This document shows, piece by piece, positions 42,478-52,100 of a DNA stretch of 64,000 nucleotides. Under the pieces are notes generated by a model. It saw only the letters and a list, made by a program, of their open reading frames with translations, was not told the origin of the DNA and made no database searches. Each line of letters opens with the position of its first letter. Within the stretch, counting starts at the first letter, position 1. The DNA comes from a candidate division FCPU426 bacterium (GTDB lineage: Bacteria > Oederibacteriota > Muellerivitia > Muellerivitales > Muellerivitaceae): assembly GCA_963738405.1 (NCBI GenBank), contig CAVTWJ010000020.1, positions 32,001 to 96,000 on the forward strand, written 5' to 3'. The translations under genes and the position numbers were made by a program.

Positions 42478-43223
42478 TTCGTGTTCTTTTAGTGGATGAT
42501 GAGGCGCCTGCCCGCGCCCGGCTGGCGAGGCTCCTGGCGGATATTTCGGATATACAGGTCGTGGGTGAATCTTCCAACGGCCTGGAGGCTCTGACGGCGG
42601 CCCAGGAACTCAAGCCGGATTTGGTGTTTCTGGATATTGAGATGCCCGAACTGAACGGCTTGGAAGTGGCCGAGACCTGGGCAGGGAACGGACCCGCGGT
42701 GGTTTTTGTGACCGCCTATACAGAACACGCCTTGAGGGCTTTCGAGGTTTCGGCCCTCGATTATTTGGTGAAACCCGTGGCATCCGAAAGATTATTGGAG
42801 GCTTTGGAAAAAGTGCGCAAGCAGAAGGCGCAACCGGGTTTGGAACAATTCCAATCTTTCTTGGAAAAATTCCAAGAGAAAAAAGTGAAGCGCCGTATGG
42901 CGATCAAATGCGGCTCCAAATACCGGGTTTTGGACCCGGAAAAGGTGACGGCTTTGGTGGCGAAGGACCATTACGCCGCCCTGTTGGTGGAAGGTCAGGA
43001 AATATTTTGCGACGACAGCTTGGATCATCTGGCTCAAAGACTGGATCCCTCCCGTTTTTTGAGGATTCACCGCGGAGCCGTGATCAATCTGGATTTTCTT
43101 AAGGAACTGGAGCATCAAGGGGACCGGAAATACTTGGCGGTCCTTTCCGATGTCGCTAAAACCAAGCTGCCCGTCAGCCGGGAAAGGCTGGACGAGTTAA
43201 AGGAAAGGCTGGGTCTTGGATAG
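42474..43223 (+). CDS. LytTR-family response regulator
   Basis: VDDE, FLDIEMP, FVTAY, DYLVKP; LytTR FLRIHRGAVIN and PVSR. Confidence 0.95.
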   Translation: MIRVLLVDDEAPARARLARLLADISDIQVVGESSNGLEALTAAQELKPDLVFLDIEMPELNGLEVAETWAGNGPAVVFVTAYTEHALRAFEVSALDYLVKPVASERLLEALEKVRKQKAQPGLEQFQSFLEKFQEKKVKRRMAIKCGSKYRVLDPEKVTALVAKDHYAALLVEGQEIFCDDSLDHLAQRLDPSRFLRIHRGAVINLDFLKELEHQGDRKYLAVLSDVAKTKLPVSRERLDELKERLGLG

Positions 43224-46200
43224 GATTTTTTTTTCTCATGGCTCCAGACCCTTCAAGTGGGCCCTGCTTATCTTTTTGGCGGTGGTTCCGCCGGGGTTTG
43301 CCCAAACCCCGATTTCAACCCCGGCCACACCTGATCCCAACTTAAAAACTTTAAGTCCAGGGGAAGAAATCCAGATTCTCCAAGCGATTGATTCCCAGAA
43401 TAAGGGCTCGGGGTCAACGACCCTCGACCCTTCCGGCCCCATTACGACCGTGCAAAACCAAACCAGCCCGGTTTCCACTCCCGGGGCCGGTCAGCCGATC
43501 GCCTCGCCCGTTATTCCTTCATCAACCGTGACGGTCTCCGCTCCCGCAGGACCGCCCCCGATTCCGACGGGTCTCAGTGTTTTGGTCCTAAAAGAAGGCG
43601 TTTATCTCGCGTGGGACGCGTCCTCTCCTTCCGCTAGCACGGTTTCTTACAATGTTTACCGTTCGACAACCCCTGGTACGGGGTACCGGCAAATCAACCT
43701 GAGAACCCAGACTGCGCCCTATTTTCTCGACGGGGTCCCCTCCAGCAGTTCACCCCCTAAAAACGGCGAGAATTATTTTTACGTAGTGGCGGGCGTAGAT
43801 TCACAGGGGCGGTTAAGCGATTATTCGGATGAGGTTTTCGTTGCGCCCCTGGGAATGGAAATTCCCGAAACGGCGGAAGAAAAGGCCGAAGAGGCCAAAA
43901 ATGGTGCCGTGACCGGGGCGCCTAAGGAAACGGAACAAGAACTCAATATCCCTGAGCAAAAAATCGTAAATCTACAGCTTCCGGCCGATACCCAGCTTTC
44001 CATTCAGGGCTATAAGAAGATCGAGGCCGATTTTTCGTTCCAACACTTCACCCACCCGCAGGGCAGCAGCGCGTCCGACAACAATACCACCCTGGTGAAC
44101 CAGGAGATGGTTGTGAACTTGGAAGGGAAGGTTGGGAAAAATGTGGATGTGCATGTCGACTACAGTGATGTCAACCGGGCGGGAGGGGTGGACCAAAGCA
44201 AACAGGAAATTTCAATCGTGTACCACGGTGAAAGCGACAGCCCAGTTCAGGAAGTGGCTTTTGGCGATTTGCAGATGAACCTTCCCAACACGGAATTCGC
44301 GGGTTTCAGCAAACAGCTTTTTGGGCTTCAGGCCAAGTTGAAATTTGATAATTTCCGGGTCACCTCCTTTTTCGCCCAAACCAAAGGTATCGCGGAGACC
44401 CGGGTGTTCAACGGCAACACGGGGCAGGTGGATAAGGTTTTCAACGACATTGATTACATCAGGGAAAGATATTTTCTGATTACCAAAGAATTCATTCCGA
44501 GCGTCAACGCGGGGGTCACCCAAAACCTGGCCCTGCCCCAGCCGAACAGCGAACAAATTTGGGTCAATGCCGGGACGGGTCAGTCCGTTTTTGCCATTGG
44601 GAATAATTTTATCGGGCCCTATGAGCACTGGCTTCCGGGCCGGGACTACACCATCGATTACAACACTGGCATCATTACCTTTATTAGGGCCTTATCGACC
44701 AGCGCCCAGATTGTGGTGGGCTTTACCAACAAGAATAACGTCAACCACGGCTTGAACGTTTATGGGACGACCCCCGCGAGCATCACTCCCATTTTAAGTA
44801 ATTCCAATGATATTGCCCAATTCCAGGTTCCTCCAACAGGCATCATTGATGATCCCAAATTCGCTCCCTTCGACATTTTGATCAAGAACAACAACAACAC
44901 CACCAGTTCCCTTTATTTGGTGAATTATTTCGACTTGGGCCGGGACAAGATTATTCCCCCCCAGCAAGACCCTAATTTCGTTTTTCAAGTCGTGGATCAG
45001 GGCACTAACAACGTGCTGCAGACCGGGCAGGGAGGTTTGGGAAGTTCTTCGGCACCCTGGGCCTTTGTCATGAATCAGGATTTCAACTACCTGGTGGTCA
45101 GCAATATGAACAACGCTAATGTGACTGTTTCCGCAGGGGTGACGGCCAATTTCGCGGAAAGGGCTTTCGTGGACCCCAACGTCGACCCCGCCCTTGGCAC
45201 CTCCGCGAACGGCATTTACGATGAAGTGACGGTTCCCAACAGCCTCAAGCGGATTCACTTGGTCTATAAAACCCAGCTCAATTATTTTCAGCTCAATCGA
45301 TTTAACATTATCCGCGGTTCGGATACGGTCTTTTTGGACGGGCGAAGATTGCGCCGGGATGTGGATTACACTTTGGACTATACTTCGGGTTTTCTCGATT
45401 TTCCGGATAAAAGCATATTGCGCCCTGACAGCCAATTGGTGATTTCCTATGAATACGCCCCTTTTGGTTCCTTTAACCAAAACAACATATTGGGAACTCG
45501 GATCGAATACGACGTCAACGATCACCTGTTTATTGGGTCCACCTTTTTGAATTCCACAAGCCAACAACCCCAGGATATGCCTCAAATCGGCTCCACTCCT
45601 GATTCGCTGACGGTACTCGACGCGGATTTCAAATACGATTTAGGCCAAGATGATTTGCAGAACATCACTGGTCTTATTCCCGGCCTTTCTGATTGGAAGC
45701 CGCCGGTGAGTGTCAAGATTTCCGGTGAAATTGCCGAAAGTTATTTCAATCCCGATACCTATAACATGCAGGGGGAACAAGGCGTTGCCATGGTCGATAA
45801 CATGGAGGGCATCGATAATAACAGTGGGCCCAATATGAATTCGGCCAATTGGATCGCCTCCTCCGAACCCCAACCGGTGGGCTTTTTGGGGAATACGACT
45901 TATGACAGCAGTGACACCCCGGCCAATAACCGTATCCGTTTCAGAAACGGCCCCGTCACTTTCGGGACAGCTCCTGTTACCTCAACTATACCTGGCGCGG
46001 GCGGCCATATTTTCGCCGGAGTTTTGGGTGGTTCGGGTACCAATAATGAACCGGACGCCATTCCAGTGCTTCAGGTGCCCTATGCCAATCTCACGAATCA
46101 GACCTGGGGGGGTGTCAGGCAGACCCTCTCTGCCACGGGCCTGGATCTTTCCAACACCAATTACATGCAGGCTTGGGTCTATAACGACGGCAACCCGAAG

Positions 46201-49122
46201 TGGATCATGATGGATTTTGGCGTCATGAGCGAAGCCAATAATGTGGACCAGAGCGAAGCAATCGAGGCGGAGCAGCTTCCCCTGACACCCGCGACGGATA
46301 TAGGGCTTTTAACCAATTATTTCATCCCGGGAGGAGGCGTTTCACAAGTGGGAGGTTCCGGAATTTCGATCACTGACGAGCCCAATGGAACCCAGGAGGG
46401 AGCCAATAACAACATCCTCGACACGGAGGACACCAATGCCAACGGAATTTTAGATACCCAAGACGCCTATTACGAATATGGAATTCAAGCGAACTGGAAG
46501 GGATGGCAGATCGTCAAAATACCCGTTAATTTCACCCAGCCGGACGGCATCTATCAGACGGATCAACAGGTGAATTATTTTTTTCACACCCAAAGCCCAT
46601 TCGCGACTCCTTCCTTGATTCGGACGATTAGGTTTTGGATGACTGGACAATCGGCCGCTCCCACGAGCGGTTACGTTCTGTTTGAAAACATCCAATTCAA
46701 CCGAAATCTCTGGCAGTTACAGGTCGACCCGACAGCCAATATCAATCAGGGGGTGACGGTTAATACCAGTAAATTTGACGTCAATTCCATTAGTCAGGAC
46801 CAGGACCCGGGGTATGTTGCCACTGACCGGTTCATAGTTATTCCCCAAGGGACGTCTGATTCTTCCATTCTCGCAAAAGAAAAAGCCCTAAAAATCACCT
46901 ACAACCTTTCCTCCGCGGACTTTAATCCACCCGGTGACGTGTCCGGGGAACCCATTTATTACGCGACCCGCTATTTCAACCAGGGTGTGGATTTTACGGA
47001 TTACTCAAACCTTGCCATGGATATTTATGTCCGGACCCCCAATGTCCAACCTGGTGAAATCCTTTTTATGCGTATAGGAAATGACCAACAGAATTATTAC
47101 CAATACAACATGCCCCTTTTGTCCCAGTACGCGGGGGGATGGAATACCATTTCGGTGCACATCGACGGCTCGGACGGCAACCGACAGACCGTCGGCACCC
47201 CCTTCATTAACCGTGCAACCCAGATCAGTTTTGGCGTCCTTTCTCCCAATCCCCCCAACGGCCTGACAAAGGAAATTTGGATCAATAACCTGCGGACAAA
47301 TAACCCGAACCAGAGGTCCGGCTTGGCCCGTCGTGCCAACGCCGCTTTTGTACTTGGCAACAACTTTGCGACGGTTAATACCCGATACCGGGAGGTGGAC
47401 TCGGGTTTCACCCAAATCGACCAAACTTCAAATCATTTTCAACATTCCACTCAATATGGGGTGGACTATACTTCTAACGCAGTAAGCGTTTTTGGGCAGC
47501 CCTTGGCGACCCAAATGTCCTACACCAACCAAGACAACTACACCGAAGCGGCTCTTCTGCAAAACCCCTATTACAGCGCTTTGCCCCATACCCAATCGGA
47601 AAATACAACGGGGTCCATTACCTATACAAAAGACTTAGGAGCCGCTTGGGGCCGTTTGACGAATGTTCGTGTCTCCGAAAGCACCTACTCGGAGAACGAC
47701 ACCTACCAATCCGCATACCTTTCTCAGCCTGGCATTCAGGGGGACACACAAAAAGGGAATCAAACCTATACGGTTGCCTCTACCTACGACGCTCCCACCC
47801 AACTGTTCGGTTTTCCGGTTGGTTCCAACCAATTTTCGGAGACGGATATCCTAACCATCGATACTCAAAACTTTTCCAATTCCTCTCAGCCCCTTGTGCC
47901 CTACAGTCGAACCACAAAAAATCAGACCTACGGCTGGACCAACACCACCGAAATATTCAAGAACCTCATTTTTACGCCGGGATATAACCTAAATCTGGTG
48001 GACGCAGTGGGGAACACGAATTCGCCTGGCGTGGCCGGTAGCGTGACTCAATTCACCAATTTCCAGGAAAGGGACCAGCCCAAGGGAGGGTTAACCTACC
48101 GGGGAATTCCCGGGGTCATACCGGCTGTGAACTATACCGGTTCGGAGCAGATTGACAATGTCAGCTACACGGAGGGTCCCCGGCTCAACAATTCCAACAG
48201 CATCAATTATTCCCTGAATCTTTCTCCGTCACTTTGGTGGGATCCCTTCCAAAAGATTGGGTTGACGGCCTTTGCGGGCCGAACGGAAAGCGCGTCAGCG
48301 GCGATCCCCAATTTCCGGGCGGTCCGACCCTTGAGTTTTCAGGAGATATGGCTGATCGCCCCGCCGAACGATATCGCCTTGAATTCGACCAAATCCCTTA
48401 CCGATCAGATCAATTTCAGTTTCAGGCTTTTTGATTTCTGGGACTTCAAACCCACGGGGTCCTGGACCACCCAGTTCAACCTGTTGTCGGCCGGAACCAA
48501 CCCGGTGGAACAAGACAGTGATACCCTTGGTTTTACAACCGTCTTCAACCATAAACTCGCCACTTTGCCTTACCTAAACTTTGGGTTGGATTCCGCCCAA
48601 TTCCAGTACACCCGCACCGATTCAACGCAATGGGACACCCAAAGCCCGCCCCAGATTTCAGGCCAGACGACCAATGAAACCTATTCTTTTACGGTTCCCT
48701 ACGACATCGCCCAATTAGCCACTGGGAATTTTCATTATCAGCATATGGACGGTTTTACCAACACCAGCGGTATTCTGACGACCCAGTTGGATGACCAAGC
48801 CTCGGTGGAGTACAACCAAAAATTTCTCGAAAACACAATTCTGCACATTCCCTTTACCCATTGGAAAATAAAATTTGATCAGGCGATCGAATTGCGCCTC
48901 GTGTTTTTGACGGAGATCGTGAATAACGAAAGCCCGGCCTACCAGCTCAACGATCTTCAGACCGAAAGGTATCGTGGTACACTCACGTTGAATTACAACG
49001 CTTTGAAGAATTTAAGGGTCGGCTTGGGCGGGGTCTACGAGGTATTTGACGAGGACAAACCCTATCAATACTTAAGTTACGACATGTGGCAGATTAATAT
49101 TTCCGGCGAAGCGAGATTTTAA
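43216..49122 (+). CDS. SprA-like giant outer-membrane beta-barrel (T9SS translocon homologue) with N-terminal FN3-like domain
   Basis: Signal peptide; SprA-like blocks VNLEGKVG...ISIVYHGESDSPVQEVAFGD...LFGLQAKLKF, GSDTVFLDGRRLRRDVDYTLDY, GEIAES...AMVDNMEG, DTEDTNANG, EIWINNLR; amphipathic strands; terminal Phe. Confidence 0.75.
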   Translation: MDRIFFSHGSRPFKWALLIFLAVVPPGFAQTPISTPATPDPNLKTLSPGEEIQILQAIDSQNKGSGSTTLDPSGPITTVQNQTSPVSTPGAGQPIASPVIPSSTVTVSAPAGPPPIPTGLSVLVLKEGVYLAWDASSPSASTVSYNVYRSTTPGTGYRQINLRTQTAPYFLDGVPSSSSPPKNGENYFYVVAGVDSQGRLSDYSDEVFVAPLGMEIPETAEEKAEEAKNGAVTGAPKETEQELNIPEQKIVNLQLPADTQLSIQGYKKIEADFSFQHFTHPQGSSASDNNTTLVNQEMVVNLEGKVGKNVDVHVDYSDVNRAGGVDQSKQEISIVYHGESDSPVQEVAFGDLQMNLPNTEFAGFSKQLFGLQAKLKFDNFRVTSFFAQTKGIAETRVFNGNTGQVDKVFNDIDYIRERYFLITKEFIPSVNAGVTQNLALPQPNSEQIWVNAGTGQSVFAIGNNFIGPYEHWLPGRDYTIDYNTGIITFIRALSTSAQIVVGFTNKNNVNHGLNVYGTTPASITPILSNSNDIAQFQVPPTGIIDDPKFAPFDILIKNNNNTTSSLYLVNYFDLGRDKIIPPQQDPNFVFQVVDQGTNNVLQTGQGGLGSSSAPWAFVMNQDFNYLVVSNMNNANVTVSAGVTANFAERAFVDPNVDPALGTSANGIYDEVTVPNSLKRIHLVYKTQLNYFQLNRFNIIRGSDTVFLDGRRLRRDVDYTLDYTSGFLDFPDKSILRPDSQLVISYEYAPFGSFNQNNILGTRIEYDVNDHLFIGSTFLNSTSQQPQDMPQIGSTPDSLTVLDADFKYDLGQDDLQNITGLIPGLSDWKPPVSVKISGEIAESYFNPDTYNMQGEQGVAMVDNMEGIDNNSGPNMNSANWIASSEPQPVGFLGNTTYDSSDTPANNRIRFRNGPVTFGTAPVTSTIPGAGGHIFAGVLGGSGTNNEPDAIPVLQVPYANLTNQTWGGVRQTLSATGLDLSNTNYMQAWVYNDGNPKWIMMDFGVMSEANNVDQSEAIEAEQLPLTPATDIGLLTNYFIPGGGVSQVGGSGISITDEPNGTQEGANNNILDTEDTNANGILDTQDAYYEYGIQANWKGWQIVKIPVNFTQPDGIYQTDQQVNYFFHTQSPFATPSLIRTIRFWMTGQSAAPTSGYVLFENIQFNRNLWQLQVDPTANINQGVTVNTSKFDVNSISQDQDPGYVATDRFIVIPQGTSDSSILAKEKALKITYNLSSADFNPPGDVSGEPIYYATRYFNQGVDFTDYSNLAMDIYVRTPNVQPGEILFMRIGNDQQNYYQYNMPLLSQYAGGWNTISVHIDGSDGNRQTVGTPFINRATQISFGVLSPNPPNGLTKEIWINNLRTNNPNQRSGLARRANAAFVLGNNFATVNTRYREVDSGFTQIDQTSNHFQHSTQYGVDYTSNAVSVFGQPLATQMSYTNQDNYTEAALLQNPYYSALPHTQSENTTGSITYTKDLGAAWGRLTNVRVSESTYSENDTYQSAYLSQPGIQGDTQKGNQTYTVASTYDAPTQLFGFPVGSNQFSETDILTIDTQNFSNSSQPLVPYSRTTKNQTYGWTNTTEIFKNLIFTPGYNLNLVDAVGNTNSPGVAGSVTQFTNFQERDQPKGGLTYRGIPGVIPAVNYTGSEQIDNVSYTEGPRLNNSNSINYSLNLSPSLWWDPFQKIGLTAFAGRTESASAAIPNFRAVRPLSFQEIWLIAPPNDIALNSTKSLTDQINFSFRLFDFWDFKPTGSWTTQFNLLSAGTNPVEQDSDTLGFTTVFNHKLATLPYLNFGLDSAQFQYTRTDSTQWDTQSPPQISGQTTNETYSFTVPYDIAQLATGNFHYQHMDGFTNTSGILTTQLDDQASVEYNQKFLENTILHIPFTHWKIKFDQAIELRLVFLTEIVNNESPAYQLNDLQTERYRGTLTLNYNALKNLRVGLGGVYEVFDEDKPYQYLSYDMWQINISGEARF

Positions 49123-49162
49123 GATGGCTTTTTCACTGGGAAAGGGAAGGGGATATGAAGTG

Positions 49163-52100
49163 ATGGGGCGTAAACGAAATCTACTTACCGCGAATGCGGC
49201 CCTTTGGGTGGCGCTTTTGGCCCATTTTGGACAGTGCCAATCCCTTCCCGCCCCGACAGGTCTTGCGGCAACTCCTGGAAACGGGGTGGTCAATCTATAT
49301 TGGAACCCTCTGCCATCGGCCACGGCCTTTTTCATTTATCGGGACGAATATGGAACACCGACCTATAGCTTTACCCCAACGCCCAGTTTTACCCCTACTT
49401 TTACGGGTTCGCCAACCGATGCGACGACCGACACGACGACCCCGACCTATTCTCCGACCGGAACTCCCACTCCGCTGGCCACGGTTTTGGCCTCGGGCCA
49501 AGCTTCCTTAACCGATTTTCAGGTAGTGAATGGTGATTCCTATGTTTATACCGTCTTGGGGTTAGATTCTTCCGGTAATTTAGGCGCTCCCGCCACAACG
49601 GTCGTTAACCCTTTCGCGCCGCCCCAGGCCATCTCAACTTTAACCGTCCAGCCGCTCCATGCAGGGGCTTTGGATCTTTCCTGGCCTCTCCCTCTTTCTT
49701 CATACCCTGTGACAGGTTACGCCATCTATCGCTTGGCCATCACCTTTACTCCGAATCCATCGGGCACGCCTACGCCCACACCCAGCTTTACTCCAACGCC
49801 CTCTTATACCCCGACCGTCACCTTTTCCCCGACCCTTACCCTGCCCGCAGGAACCTATACCTCCACCCCTGGCAATACCTATACCTTTACCAATACCTTT
49901 ACCCCCACCATAACTTCATCGCCAACGCCCAGCTTTACCCCCACCGCAACTTTTGAACCGACGCGCATACTTGCTTCGGATGTTATTTCCCAAGGGGCAT
50001 TGATCGGAAATTCCTCAGGCACATCTTTTTCGGACCAGCCTCAGCCCTTGGGCCCAGGGGAATATTATTACGTGGCAATCGCGGAAGACGCGAACGGTAA
50101 CCCCGGGGCTATCCCAACCTATTCCAGCATTCCTAATTGCCCTCAATTGTCAAAACCCTTTGCCCCGGCCTTGTCGGGGAATTTAATCTTATCGGTTACC
50201 CCGACGCCCACCAATGGAATGCTTTATGGGGTTAGGCTTCAATGGACGGGACCCTTGGCTTCGGAAGGAGTGACGGCTTACCAGGTGTTTGCAAACGGAA
50301 CGCCCCTTGCGACGGTGGTGGTCAGCCCAACGCCTCAGGTGACCTGTGTTTATGACGATCAAAGCGTCCCCTATTCAGCAAGCCAGGCCAACCAAACCCA
50401 ATACTCGGTAGCGGCGGTTAACGGTAATGGGGCGGTGACATCCAATTCCATTTCAGAAAATATTTATGAGCCTATTCTTTATGGGCCGATCCAAGTCACC
50501 CCGGTAGCTGCCGCCAATAACGTCACCATCAGTTGGAATCAGGCCCTGCCGGGGACCTATGGACTGGCCGGGTATCAAATATTCAAAAGCTCAAACGGTA
50601 TCCCTGGGACAGGCACCCAATCACCCACTCCCTTGCCCATGGCCAATATTGGCATTACGCCGGGAGTCACGCCGACTTTGGTTTATGTGGATTCGCCCGT
50701 TACCAACGCCTGGGGGCTCAGTTATTGGGTTCAGCCCTATGCGGCCGTGACAACCGGAGGTGTTTTTGCGGGGGCGACACCCTCTTTATTAGATATCGGC
50801 CCTACTCCTGTCGCGACGGTATCCGTTGCGGTAACCACTGGAAACAATGCATTCGCGGTGACTTGGTCTGGGGCTGAAACCGGTTTTTACGGAACTCCGG
50901 TGGCTTACAAGGTCTACCGGGAATACACAAACGCCTCCAGCCCCACGCCGGTGGCGACAGTGTCTTATTCCCAAACAAACTATACCGATTACGCGAATGG
51001 GGTTTCCCTGAGCACCAGCATGAACTATCAGGTATCGGTTTTGGATCATTTAGGAAATCCATCCGATCTTTCACCATTTTCTAATGCTGTGGTTTCATCC
51101 TCCGCTTCCGCGCCGGGTCTTCCCTTGCAGCCCTTTGGGTTGCCGGTGCTGGGTGGCCCCATTACTCTGACTTATTCCTGGCTGTTGAACCCTCTTTCGG
51201 ACGGGGTAACGGCTTACAACCTATATGGGCCTGATTATTTAACTCCAGCCCCCAACACCCCTACGCCCGTGGCTATCTATGCCCCAACCACCACTCCCAC
51301 CTTTGAGGTTCCGGCCACGCCTTGGGCGGTGAATAACTATTATGTCGTGGCGCAGAATCAAACAGGGAATAGCACGCCCACGAACCTTTCAAGCCTTGCC
51401 GTATCCCAATACTCGGTTTCGGCGGGTGTTCCTGTTCCGACCCAGGCCGTGACCCTCTCCTGGAATTTTACCGTACCTACGACTACCCCGGCGCCTCTTG
51501 ATAGCTTTGATGTTTACCGATCGGTGACCCAGGGGTCGCAGTTTACTTCTCTGGCGGTTGTTCCTTATCCAACCATGGTTTATACGGACAATACGGCTTC
51601 GGCGGGCCAATCCTTTTATTACCGGGTAACCGCAAGGTCAAACGGGGTTGAAAGCTCTTTGTTTCCCGACATGACACCGGCACCCGAGGCAGGGGCCTTT
51701 ACTTGGCCCAACGCTCCGGCCAGCCTATTGGCCAATGGGGCGGTTTCTGAAACTACTCTTACCTGGGTTTCTAACCCTGTAACAGAAGGAGTGCAATTTT
51801 ATACGGTGTACCAAAACGGAACGCCTGTCGCCACGGTGACTCCGGCGCCTGTTTCGGTCCTTAATTCGGTAACCGTTCCTGATTTTCCGGGCGCTGGAAC
51901 GGGATATCAGGTTGTGGCTCAAAGTCCAGAGGGCAATTCATCAGCGGCCCCGGCTTCCGTTTTGCTTTCTTTTAGTTCGGGGCCGATCCTCGACCTGACG
52001 CCCCCTCCAGGATTTACCCCGACGCCTAATGTCACCCCAGCTTATCCACCGGGCGTCTGGGTTTCGGGCTTCACTTTTAGTTCAAATCCGGCTGACGGCG

